Below are positions 21,501 through 30,474 of a DNA stretch of 45,040 bases, piece by piece (the stretch's first letter is position 1; each line of letters opens with the position of its first letter). The notes beneath the pieces are model-generated. The model saw nothing but the letters and a program-made list of their open reading frames with translations, was not told the DNA's origin and searched no databases. This stretch comes from Candidatus Sumerlaeales bacterium (GTDB lineage: Bacteria > Sumerlaeota > Sumerlaeia > Sumerlaeales > Sumerlaeaceae), in assembly GCA_038243585.1 (NCBI GenBank), contig JBBSQY010000026.1:1-45040 (forward strand). The letters run 5' to 3'. Both the position numbers and the translations under genes were made by a program.

Positions 21501-23141
21501 ATGGTAGACATTGCTTATTTATATCCGGAGGCCGACCTCGGCCTGATTCCGGAAGTTTTTCCAGTGAACCCCACCGGCGCGGCCATAGGCCGCCATCTGG
21601 ACAATGACCTTCCGCTGTCCCTGGATTCGGTCAGTCGCCATCATGCCCGGCTCGTAAAGACTGGCGACGAGTGGCTGTTGACCGATCTTGAATCCAGCAA
21701 TGGCACTTTCATCAACGGCGACCGGATAGACGCGCCACGGCCACTAAACGACGGGGACATAATAACGTTTGGCAAAGCCAATTTCGTTTTTAAATTAGAT
21801 CCTGTCAGCGCTGAGTCTGAAGAGATAATCGAGCACACCAGTGGGTTTAGCCTGGTTGGAGATGATGAGGATTGCAGCGTCATTCTCTCCACACAGGTTT
21901 CTGATGGAACTCCATATAAATCCTCATCTATAGACAGTGCCACAGAAGCACAACTTGCCAAATTAAACAAGAGATTGCTGGCTTTGTATAAGCTGAGCGA
22001 TATCCTGCGCGGAATGTCGCAACGTGAAAAAATCCTCAAGGCCCTGCTGGAACTCGTTTTCGAGAATCTCCCTGCGGATCGCGGAGTCGCCCTGGCCGTC
22101 GTTGAGGGAACAGAAGAGGTCATTCCAGAACTCTTCCAGTTTCGTGAAGGTATCGAAAACCGGGAACTAAAACTCAGCAAAACCATCACCCACAGAGTGC
22201 TGACAGAGCGCGTCGCCGTGCTGAGTCGGGATGTTCGTCTCGACAATCGTTTTCAGTCCAGCGAAAGTATAATGAGTTCAGACATTCGATCCGCTATGTG
22301 CGTGCCGCTGGCCGGAAAGCAAAGTCTGATGGGGCTTTTGGTCCTGGACATCCGCGAGTCACTCCACGCCTTTACGGAAGACGATCTCGCGTTCGTATCC
22401 GCCCTTGCGACGGATGCGGCCATGACCCTTGAGAACCTCTCACTCATGGAAGACAACATTCGCCAGGAACGGCTGGCGGCCGTCGGCCAAACGATATCAG
22501 GGCTCGCTCATAATATTAAAAATATCCTTCAGCTTGCCCGCGGCGGAAGCGAACTGATGGACATGGCCATCGAGAAGGAAAACTTTTCGGACATAAGAAC
22601 CTTATGGCCCATCACGCGCCGCAGCGTCGAACGAATGCAAACCCTGACTTTGGAAATGCTGGACTTGAGTCGTACATCAAAACCCCAGATGGCCGAAGCC
22701 GATATCAACGATCTCCTCCGCCATATTGAGGAAATGCTGAAAGCCGACACCCGCGTTTCTAGCATTAATATCACAGTCAACTACGACGATTCATGCGTCA
22801 AAGTTCCCATAGATGCGGATGGCCTGAGTAAAAGCCTCATGAACCTGCTGAGCAACGCCTTTGACGCATTGCAAAGCCAACCCGGCGCGGAGGTTCTGCT
22901 GGCAACGGAGAATTGCAAAGGTAATATGCTGGTGCGAATAAAGGATAATGGACCCGGCATCCCGCCGGAAATCCTGCCCCGGATCTTTCAGCCATTTTTC
23001 AGCACAAAAGGCAGCAAGGGAAACGGTCTCGGCCTGTCCATGACCCGCAAATATCTGGAAGACATGGGCGCCCGCCTGGATGTGAAATCCACGGCAGGGG
23101 AGGGAGCTGAGTTTGTTATTCTGTTGCCGGGTGTGGACTAA
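21501..23141 (+). CDS. Cytoplasmic FHA-GAF-histidine kinase
   Basis: FHA (IGR, SVSRHHA, SSNGTFING), GAF (IRSAMCVPL, FTEDDL), H-box (GLAHNIKNIL), N box (NLLSNA) and G boxes (DNGPGI, FSTKGSKGNGLGL). Confidence 0.92.
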   Translation: MVDIAYLYPEADLGLIPEVFPVNPTGAAIGRHLDNDLPLSLDSVSRHHARLVKTGDEWLLTDLESSNGTFINGDRIDAPRPLNDGDIITFGKANFVFKLDPVSAESEEIIEHTSGFSLVGDDEDCSVILSTQVSDGTPYKSSSIDSATEAQLAKLNKRLLALYKLSDILRGMSQREKILKALLELVFENLPADRGVALAVVEGTEEVIPELFQFREGIENRELKLSKTITHRVLTERVAVLSRDVRLDNRFQSSESIMSSDIRSAMCVPLAGKQSLMGLLVLDIRESLHAFTEDDLAFVSALATDAAMTLENLSLMEDNIRQERLAAVGQTISGLAHNIKNILQLARGGSELMDMAIEKENFSDIRTLWPITRRSVERMQTLTLEMLDLSRTSKPQMAEADINDLLRHIEEMLKADTRVSSINITVNYDDSCVKVPIDADGLSKSLMNLLSNAFDALQSQPGAEVLLATENCKGNMLVRIKDNGPGIPPEILPRIFQPFFSTKGSKGNGLGLSMTRKYLEDMGARLDVKSTAGEGAEFVILLPGVD

Positions 23142-23171
23142 GCGCTGGCTCTGCCAGACCACGCCGCCGCA

Positions 23172-25265
23172 TCAGAATTCTGCGGTCCCATCCGCCCCCG
23201 GTTCCTGGTCGATTGACAGCGAGTAGATTTTCACACCAAACGACCCACCCGCAGGCGGCGGGACGTTGTGCATCTTATCTACCGCAATCGTGACAGGCAG
23301 GCTGTGAAGTTCCACTTCGGTTGAAAATGGGAGTGTAATTGTCTGTGCGGTGTCTATTTTGACCTTCCGCTTATCCTCGCCGCTGCGCAGGGTTAACTCC
23401 ACCGACCGATCTTTGTATCTGTTATACTGCGGCTGATCGAACTCCGGGGAACAATGAAGCCGCAGCATGTATCGCCCAGGCGCCAGCGTCACATCAAGTT
23501 GCAGAGTCACGCTTGGTTTGGTCGTCCAGATGAAGCGGTGTCCCGATGGATCGTAACTAAGGTCCAGGCGATCATAAGCGAAGCCCCATTCCTCTCCCGA
23601 CATAAGCAGCGGTGCCTTTTTCGGCTGAGTTTCAGACGTCTGCTTATCAGACTTTTTTGCTGCTTTAGGCTTTGGCGGCTTAGGGCGGAAGGCCGGATCA
23701 GCGGCAGTGAAGATAAACTGCGTGTTTGACGTTGGTTGATCCAGAATTTTAAGAGATCGCGGTTCATCATACCACTGGGCCAGGGTTTTCTGATCTAGAT
23801 CATCGCTCTTGATCACCATGTTCAGGCGGTTTTGCCACAAGACTTCGCTATCCGCATATTGCGCAAGCGCGCCCTGAAAGGTATGGAGGTGAGCAGACTC
23901 CGTTTGAAACTGCGAGACGACGAAATAGACCGGCTGGTCCGCCGGCACGTCCGCCCAAGTCTGAAGCAGCTCGCTAACGCCCACCACATTAAAGCTTTTT
24001 CCATAAAATTCCGTCCAGAACTGCCCCAGCGCCACCGTGTACCCCGGCCAGAACGCAAGCACATCGTCATCTCCGGCGCCGTCTGTAATTATCGTATTCA
24101 ACATGTCTGTAGTAGCGGTTTTCTGAAGAGTCCAGGCTTGTGCAATAGTTGAAAAAAGGAACACGGCAGCAAAAGCGGCAGATAGCACAAACTTGATCAG
24201 CCAGTTACATCGAGCGATAAGAATGCCCAATGTGAGACAAAACCACGGCAGGGCAGTCATTCCTTCCCTCTCAGCAAGAAACCGCGGCGTCTCGAACTGG
24301 CTATAGGTAAAGGGCAGAGCGATGGCCAATAACATCGCCGATATGGCAGCGAATGTGCGAAAATCCATAAGCCTCAAAGTTTTCAGCAGGGGAGGGAGCA
24401 TAAGAACAAAAAGAAGCAGGCTGGTAAGCCAGAGAGACAAAGGCCTCCACCCGGTGAAGCCAAAGAGATAAAACTCGCCAAAAATCCGCGCGATTTCTGA
24501 AAAAGCCGGACGCGGCAATTCCCATGGGAGCTTGTTCGGCATAATCCACAGCCACGGTATGCTGACGGCAATGATGATAAAATGATTAAGCAGCACACCT
24601 TGGATCAGGCGGAACCGGTGCATTCGCCGCTCTTTGTTGACAGGGGGGAAAAACAGAGCCCGGCAGAATTGGATAATAGGAAAAGCCACCACAAAAAACG
24701 CCGCTTCCCGTTGCGTATGAAGCAGCAGAATTGCCATTATATCATAAAAAAGCCAGTCGCGCCAGCGGTTCGATTCCGCGCTGCGAACCATCGCCAGAAA
24801 CCCGCCAATAGAAAGAAGCACAAAAACAGCGGACGGCTGAAACTCCTGAGAGTAGTAAACATGAAGGGGATTAAGCAGTAGGAGATACGATGCGAGCACA
24901 GCGGCCGGCTCACCATAAAGCTTCCGCCCCGCCAGGTATAATGCAATCGGCGTAAGCGCACCTGCAATAATAGACACCACTCGCAAAGCCGCCAGCGACA
25001 TCTGAAAGTTTGCGACAGGATGTGCGAACAGGTAAAATACCGGAGGGCAAAAATCCGGCTGGATGCGTCCTAGATACCCCCCCAGGGGCACCGCCGCCAT
25101 TAAGGCGGCCATGGCCTCGTCAAACGAAGGAGATTCATTCATCATGCTCCAGGCTCTAAGATAAGAACCCAACACGAGCAGAAGAACTATGTGAATCCAG
25201 AATCGGGATTTTCGTGTTTTTGCAGGAGTGCGGTGTTTAGAAAGTTCGTTTATATATACAGACAT
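23172..25265 (-). CDS. GT-C fold integral membrane glycosyltransferase (GT39/PMT_2/ArnT-like) with a C-terminal extracytoplasmic domain
   Basis: SFDEA after the first TM, a PP.FY motif, LNPLHVYYSQE, many TM segments and a soluble beta-rich C-terminus. Confidence 0.8.
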   Translation of the reverse strand: MSVYINELSKHRTPAKTRKSRFWIHIVLLLVLGSYLRAWSMMNESPSFDEAMAALMAAVPLGGYLGRIQPDFCPPVFYLFAHPVANFQMSLAALRVVSIIAGALTPIALYLAGRKLYGEPAAVLASYLLLLNPLHVYYSQEFQPSAVFVLLSIGGFLAMVRSAESNRWRDWLFYDIMAILLLHTQREAAFFVVAFPIIQFCRALFFPPVNKERRMHRFRLIQGVLLNHFIIIAVSIPWLWIMPNKLPWELPRPAFSEIARIFGEFYLFGFTGWRPLSLWLTSLLLFVLMLPPLLKTLRLMDFRTFAAISAMLLAIALPFTYSQFETPRFLAEREGMTALPWFCLTLGILIARCNWLIKFVLSAAFAAVFLFSTIAQAWTLQKTATTDMLNTIITDGAGDDDVLAFWPGYTVALGQFWTEFYGKSFNVVGVSELLQTWADVPADQPVYFVVSQFQTESAHLHTFQGALAQYADSEVLWQNRLNMVIKSDDLDQKTLAQWYDEPRSLKILDQPTSNTQFIFTAADPAFRPKPPKPKAAKKSDKQTSETQPKKAPLLMSGEEWGFAYDRLDLSYDPSGHRFIWTTKPSVTLQLDVTLAPGRYMLRLHCSPEFDQPQYNRYKDRSVELTLRSGEDKRKVKIDTAQTITLPFSTEVELHSLPVTIAVDKMHNVPPPAGGSFGVKIYSLSIDQEPGADGTAEF

Positions 25266-25433
25266 AAGATAGACGGGTTATCATTCGGTAGCAGAAATTT
25301 GACGTAATGGGAACTTGTTTACTGTTATCTTGTAGCATGAATCAGCGGTATCACAAGTGCGTGCCATACCTATAGAGGGGAATTATCTTAAACTGTTTCC
25401 CGTCAGAGCAAATATGAAAGGTTAATCTGGAAC

Positions 25434-26144
25434 ATGAGATATCTGGCGCAAGCATTTCTTTTGATTGTATTACTTTCATACGCGCAGAACAGTTATGCGG
25501 ATCACGCGCTGTTAGACGACGGCAGAGTACTCTATAACGTAATGGTTCCAGATGGAGCAACCACAGGATCGGCAGCCTTAACCAGGATCCGCGTCGGCAG
25601 CCTAAGCTTTGGTTTCGATCCCAAAAGTAATACAGTCTTTCGTCTACCCGCTCATTCTGTTATTTATCGCATTGCGGATTATATAGAATCGTCTGCAACC
25701 GTAGGCCGCGCCGAAGCGACCGAAATTGTACAAAAGCGCCGCTGGGGAAACTATACAGCTCCGCCGCAGTTCGCCGCGCTGGTGGCTCCGCCTCCAGCTC
25801 CTAAAGCAAAGCCGCTTCCCCCCGGCCTTGCACAGGAAACCCCTGTTCCGCTGAATGTCGTTCCAAAATCGGTTCCACTTGACGAGCGCCTTACCAAACA
25901 ACTCGATCTGTTTATGAAGGAACAAACCACGCTGGCACAGGATGCAACGACTTCCATGGCCCGCGGTATCGTGAGTCCCCAAGCGGCCACTGGGCAAAAA
26001 GTTCGTCTGCTGCAGCAGCAAAAAAATATCCTTGAGCAATTTTATCCCCAAACAACCGACACAGTTAAGCTGGCAGTCGAATACTGGGGCGAGCAGGTAA
26101 ACCGTGCCGCGCAAACGGGGCGGTTCGATCTGGAAAATCTCTGA
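25434..26144 (+). CDS. Hypothetical secreted protein
   Basis: Signal peptide ending SYA, a Pro-rich linker and a helical C-terminal half. Confidence 0.65.
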   Translation: MRYLAQAFLLIVLLSYAQNSYADHALLDDGRVLYNVMVPDGATTGSAALTRIRVGSLSFGFDPKSNTVFRLPAHSVIYRIADYIESSATVGRAEATEIVQKRRWGNYTAPPQFAALVAPPPAPKAKPLPPGLAQETPVPLNVVPKSVPLDERLTKQLDLFMKEQTTLAQDATTSMARGIVSPQAATGQKVRLLQQQKNILEQFYPQTTDTVKLAVEYWGEQVNRAAQTGRFDLENL

Positions 26145-26303
26145 TGTTAGTGTGCTTTTGCTTCAGGATGGAATTTTTCGGCACAAATCTGGTCACATAA
26201 AACATCGTGCTGCGGAAATCCTGCTGTTTTGCGTGGAATTTCCATGCCGTGTCTGAATGAAAATAAAAATTATTGTGTAGACGACGCCGGATTAGGAATA
26301 TTT

Positions 26304-26582
26304 TTGCCAACTAAAAGAACACAACAGAAGCAAGCACTACAGGGGGGGCAACGGCCTCAGCGTCAAGCCAAGGATAAGGGCATTGAGCTGGAGGGAGTTG
26401 TAACCGAGCCTCTGCCGAATTGCATGTTCCGGGTTGAGCTCCAGAATGGACTGACTGTTCTCGCGCACATCAGCGGTAAAATGCGTATGAATTTTATTAA
26501 AATCCTCGCCGGGGACAAGGTAATGGTAGAGCTTTCTCCTTACGACCTTACGCGCGGACGCATCACATACAGATTTAAGTAA
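26304..26582 (+). CDS. infA: Translation initiation factor IF-1, apparently with a short N-terminal extension
   Basis: [23 protein letters not shown]...[37 protein letters not shown]. Probable TTG start at 26304 after AGGA. Confidence 0.95.
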   Translation: MPTKRTQQKQALQGGQRPQRQAKDKGIELEGVVTEPLPNCMFRVELQNGLTVLAHISGKMRMNFIKILAGDKVMVELSPYDLTRGRITYRFK

Positions 26583-26597
26583 AAGCGGGATAGTGAA

Positions 26598-26711
26598 ATG
26601 AAAGTTCGTGCATCAGTTAAACCGATTTGCAACAAGTGCAAGCTTATCAAGCGTAAAGGCGTATTGCGGATTATCTGCGAGAACCCGAAGCATAAGCAGC
26701 GCCAGGGTTAA
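26598..26711 (+). CDS. rpmJ: 50S ribosomal protein L36 (zinc-ribbon form); not in the ORF track
   Basis: Hand translation: [37 protein letters not shown]. Confidence 0.97.
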   Translation: MKVRASVKPICNKCKLIKRKGVLRIICENPKHKQRQG

Positions 26712-26825
26712 TTTAGCCGGCGTCGTTATAAAAGTCTTATCCCTGTAATAACGGGGCTGTAATACGAATCTTGGGTTTGGCGGGCAATTTGCCTGTTAGA
26801 CCTGAAAATTTTTGATAGGGAAGCA

Positions 26826-27194
26826 ATGGCACGCATCGCTGGAATAGATTTGCCGCGCGAGAAGCGCATCGAAACAGGCCTGACGTATATCTACGGCATT
26901 GGCCCCACGATCTCCCGTCGCCTGCTTGTGCAGGCCGACATCGACCCGGCAAAACGGGTTCGTGAGCTTGATGAAATGGAAGTCGGAAGATTGAACTCCA
27001 TCATTCAGAACAGCGTAAAGGTGGAAGGTGATCTCCGCCGTGAAGTTGGGATGAGCATCAAGCGTCTCATGGACATTGGCTGCTATCGCGGCCTCCGTCA
27101 CCGTCGCGGTTTACCTGCGCGAGGCCAGCGCACCCGTACCAATGCACGTACCCGCAAGGGCCCCCGTAAGACAGTCGGCGCGAAGAAGAAATAA
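26826..27194 (+). CDS. rpsM: 30S ribosomal protein S13
   Basis: [10 protein letters not shown]...[28 protein letters not shown]. Confidence 0.98.
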   Translation: MARIAGIDLPREKRIETGLTYIYGIGPTISRRLLVQADIDPAKRVRELDEMEVGRLNSIIQNSVKVEGDLRREVGMSIKRLMDIGCYRGLRHRRGLPARGQRTRTNARTRKGPRKTVGAKKK

Positions 27195-27211
27195 GGTATA
27201 AGAGCTAAATC

Positions 27212-27613
27212 ATGGCAGACAAAAAAGCAAAAGCAGGCACCAAGGTTAAGAAGAAGGCCCGTAAGAATATCGCCAACGGCGTAGTTCATATTCAGGCCAC
27301 ATTCAACAACACCATGGTTACTATTGCAGACAAGCAGGGCAATACGATCAGCTGGGGCTCCAGCGGCACGGCGGGTTTCAAGGGTTCGCGTAAAAGCACA
27401 CCTTTCGCTGCTCAGCTCGCAGCAGAGCAATGCGCCAAAAAGGCCATGGAGCACGGCCTTAAGGCAGTCGAAATTTTTGTGACAGGTCCTGGAAGCGGAC
27501 GCGAAGCTGCAATTCGTAGTCTTCAGGCTGTAGGGTTGGAAATTTCCATCATCAGGGACGTAACACCAATCCCTCATAATGGATGTCGTCCTCCAAAACG
27601 GCGCCGGGTTTAA
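27212..27613 (+). CDS. rpsK: 30S ribosomal protein S11
   Basis: [23 protein letters not shown] and [18 protein letters not shown]. Confidence 0.98.
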   Translation: MADKKAKAGTKVKKKARKNIANGVVHIQATFNNTMVTIADKQGNTISWGSSGTAGFKGSRKSTPFAAQLAAEQCAKKAMEHGLKAVEIFVTGPGSGREAAIRSLQAVGLEISIIRDVTPIPHNGCRPPKRRRV

Positions 27614-27649
27614 CTTTATAAGTATCTGTCCGGGAGCGAACTCTTTCGG

Positions 27650-27886
27650 ATGATAGAGATTTTGGTTGTGGTGCTGGTTGCGGGATTGGCGGTCGTTGCC
27701 TCTTTGTATTTCAGGAGGCGAGGCTATTCCCCCAACCAGCGCATTATTTTGTCTGCTATTGCTGTCGCGCTGCTGGCTTGGAACTTTAGGAGCCAGATTG
27801 CTAATAATCCCGCGCAGGGGCTATTGGTTGGTATTGCGGCGCTGGTTTTGATTTTTGGGGCCTGGCTAGTAGGCAAGTCCCGCTGA
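27650..27886 (+). CDS. Small hypothetical membrane protein (about three TM segments) between rpsK and rpsD
   Basis: 78 aa with three hydrophobic stretches separated by RRRG and RSQ..NNP loops. Confidence 0.6.
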   Translation: MIEILVVVLVAGLAVVASLYFRRRGYSPNQRIILSAIAVALLAWNFRSQIANNPAQGLLVGIAALVLIFGAWLVGKSR

Positions 27887-27902
27887 AGTACAAGTTTTAG
27901 AT

Positions 27903-28015
27903 TTTCCGGGACGAAGACGTCCTCATGAAACAATGGCGATCCTCGGATCGCTAACGTCGTAAACCGGAAATGGGCAGCTCGAAAAGGGCTGCTCGAACTC
28001 TGCGGATGAGCAGAG
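27903..28015 (+). promoter_or_regulatory. Candidate structured RNA leader upstream of rpsD
   Basis: Nested pairings TTTCCGG/CCGGAAA, GACGT/ACGTC and GGCGATCC/GGATCGCT, then hairpins GGGCAGCTC/GGGCTGCTC and CTCTGC/GCAGAG just before the RBS. Confidence 0.45.
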
Positions 28016-28041
28016 AGATGCTAAGGAGGCATAAGGAAAAC

Positions 28042-28668
28042 GTGGCTCGTTATACTGAGGCCAAATGCCGGCTATGCCGGCGTGAAGGCGAAAAATTATT
28101 TTTAAAAGGCACGCGCTGCCTGAGTTCAAAGTGCGCAATCGACAAACGCGCATACCCGCCCGGACAACACGGACAGGCTCGCCAAAAGCTTTCCACCTAC
28201 GGACAGCAGTTGCGTGAAAAGCAGAAGACAAAACGGATTTACGGCGTTCTTGAACGTCAGTTTCGCCGCTACTTCTTCCTTGCGGACAAGTATCGTGGAC
28301 TTCCCGGTACGGTGTTGCTGCAGCTTCTCGAGCGTCGCCTCGACAATGTTGTTTACCGCCTGGGTATTGGCGCGTCCCGTAATCAGGCTAGACAGTTTGT
28401 TCGTCATGGACACGTCAAGGTTGACGGCCGTCGCGTAGACATCCCGTCTTATTTGCTTAAAGCGGGTCAGCAGATTAGCCTGCATGAAGGTTCAGAGACT
28501 AACATACTGATAGTCGCCAATCTTGAAATAGCCTCCGGTCAGTCACGTCTGCCATGGCTGGAGTGGAACCCGGAAAGTCGTACCGGCCGTGTTCTCACTA
28601 TTCCGTCCCGCGAAGATATCCCAACAGCGGTAAACGAGCAGCTTATTGTCGAGTTGTACTCGAAGTAA
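28042..28668 (+). CDS. rpsD: 30S ribosomal protein S4 (zinc-binding Cys form)
   Basis: GTG start after AAGGA; ARYTEAKCRLCRREGEKLFLKG, LERRLDNVVYR and EQLIVELYSK. Confidence 0.98.
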   Translation: MARYTEAKCRLCRREGEKLFLKGTRCLSSKCAIDKRAYPPGQHGQARQKLSTYGQQLREKQKTKRIYGVLERQFRRYFFLADKYRGLPGTVLLQLLERRLDNVVYRLGIGASRNQARQFVRHGHVKVDGRRVDIPSYLLKAGQQISLHEGSETNILIVANLEIASGQSRLPWLEWNPESRTGRVLTIPSREDIPTAVNEQLIVELYSK

Positions 28669-28763
28669 GGTAGCATCTGGGAGCTGACCGCGGTTCACCT
28701 CGCCGCTGTCGGTTAGTATGTTGGGTAGACCAAGCTGAGGCCTGAACTTAGGAGAGACACTGA

Positions 28764-29789
28764 ATGGATTTCAAGCCGCTTAAAATGCCCCGCGAGTTAC
28801 TCGCGGACAAAGACACACAGACGGAGACTTACGGTCGGTTTGTGGCAGAGCCTTTCGAACGTGGTTTTGGTACCACAATCGGCAACTCTTTGCGTCGGAT
28901 ATTGCTGAGCTCTGTACAGGGCGCAGCAGTAACGGCCATCCGTATTGAAAATAAAAACCACGAGTTTGACACAATTGAAGGGGTTAAGGAAGATATCCTG
29001 GATATCATCCTTAATCTTAAGAGCCTGCGCATTAAATTCCTGGGAAGCGTCCGCGGCGAAAGCACAATGTATCTGGACGTGCAGGGACCAAAAGTAATTA
29101 CCGCTGCCGATTTTGAACTTGATGGTAACATCGAAGTACTCAATTCCGACCAGATAATTGCCACCCTTGCCGACGGTGCTGAGCTTCGCATGGAGGCTGT
29201 CGTGCAGCAGGGTCGTGGATACGTTCCTGCTTCGCAGATCAAAGAGCTAAGTGGCAATGCTGACACTTTTGGAACAATCTTCCTGGACGCAGTATTTTCC
29301 CCAATAGTGAACGTGAAATATCATGTAGAAGCAGCCCGCGTGCAGCAGCACACGGACTTCGACCGACTGATTATCGAACTGACAACCAATGGAGCCGTTA
29401 GTCCGGAGGATGCAGTCAGCTATTCCGCAAAAGTTCTTCGTGATCACCTGAACCTGTTTATTTCCATGAAAGACCAGGCTGCGGAACTTGCAGCGCTTGA
29501 AGAAGAGCAGCAGGCTGCTTCCGCAACCACCGCTCTGGAAGAGAAACTGGATAAGTCGATTGAAGAATTAGAACTTAGCGTTCGTAGCTTCAATTGCCTC
29601 GAAGCCGCCGGAATCAAAACAATACGCGACTTGGTGCAGAAGACTGAAAGCGAAATGCTGAAGTATCGCAATTTCGGACGTAAGTCGCTCACAGAAATTA
29701 AAAACATCCTTAAAGAAATGAACCTGCGGTTCGGCATGGAGATCGATAAAGAATCTGGTCTCCCCGTCTCACTGGGTTCTGAGAAGTAG
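28764..29789 (+). CDS. rpoA: RNA polymerase subunit alpha
   Basis: EPFERGFGTTIGNSLRRILLSS, ELELSVRSFNCL and RNFGRKSL. Confidence 0.98.
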   Translation: MDFKPLKMPRELLADKDTQTETYGRFVAEPFERGFGTTIGNSLRRILLSSVQGAAVTAIRIENKNHEFDTIEGVKEDILDIILNLKSLRIKFLGSVRGESTMYLDVQGPKVITAADFELDGNIEVLNSDQIIATLADGAELRMEAVVQQGRGYVPASQIKELSGNADTFGTIFLDAVFSPIVNVKYHVEAARVQQHTDFDRLIIELTTNGAVSPEDAVSYSAKVLRDHLNLFISMKDQAAELAALEEEQQAASATTALEEKLDKSIEELELSVRSFNCLEAAGIKTIRDLVQKTESEMLKYRNFGRKSLTEIKNILKEMNLRFGMEIDKESGLPVSLGSEK

Positions 29790-29804
29790 GAGATACCTTA
29801 AACC

Positions 29805-30305
29805 ATGCGTCACCGCAGACACTCGTCCCGGTTAAACCGGACGACGGAACATCGGACCGCTCTTATGCGGAATTTAGCTATCGCAATCATAGAGCACGGA
29901 ATCATTAAGACCACCGTGCCTAAAGCCAAAAACGTCAGGCAGTATGTGGAGCGTATTATCACAATTGCCAAAGACGGACTTGCGGCAAATGATGATGCCG
30001 GCACAGGCTGTCACAAGCGCCGGCTTGCTTTCTCATACCTGAACAACAAGGAAGCCGTCAAAAAGCTTTTCAACGAAGTCGCGCCGACATGCGCTGGTCG
30101 TCCGGGCGGTTACACCCGCATCGTACGCGCTGGGGTTCGTGCCGGAGATGGAGCGCCAATGTGCTATATCGAGCTCGTTGATCGCCCTGGCATAGAAGCC
30201 GAATCGACTGCGCCGGTAATCGAGCAAAAGCCTAAGGCAGAAAAGAAGCCGCGCAAAGCTGCATCGGAATCTGCATCTGGAGAAGCCTCAGCACCTGCTG
30301 AGTAA
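29805..30305 (+). CDS. rplQ: 50S ribosomal protein L17 with a low-complexity C-terminal tail
   Basis: MRHRR..RLNRTTEHR, IKTTVPKAK, RPGGYTRI and RAGDGAPM. Confidence 0.97.
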   Translation: MRHRRHSSRLNRTTEHRTALMRNLAIAIIEHGIIKTTVPKAKNVRQYVERIITIAKDGLAANDDAGTGCHKRRLAFSYLNNKEAVKKLFNEVAPTCAGRPGGYTRIVRAGVRAGDGAPMCYIELVDRPGIEAESTAPVIEQKPKAEKKPRKAASESASGEASAPAE

Positions 30306-30327
30306 TTTCCAGTAACTAAAGAATCTG

Positions 30328-30362
30328 AAACGCGCAGAGAGAAATCTCTGCGCGTTTTTTTT
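30328..30362 (+). terminator. Intrinsic terminator of the alpha operon
   Basis: AAACGCGCAGAGA-GAAA-TCTCTGCGCGTTT followed by further Ts. Confidence 0.93.
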
Positions 30363-30474
30363 ACATAAATTGTCGCCTCGCCAGTGCAGTCAGCCGATAG
30401 GCTATCGTACTTCTTGTCATCTTTGTACACGCGCGTGAAGTGTAACCCCGCAAGAATGTAACCGTTGCATATAT

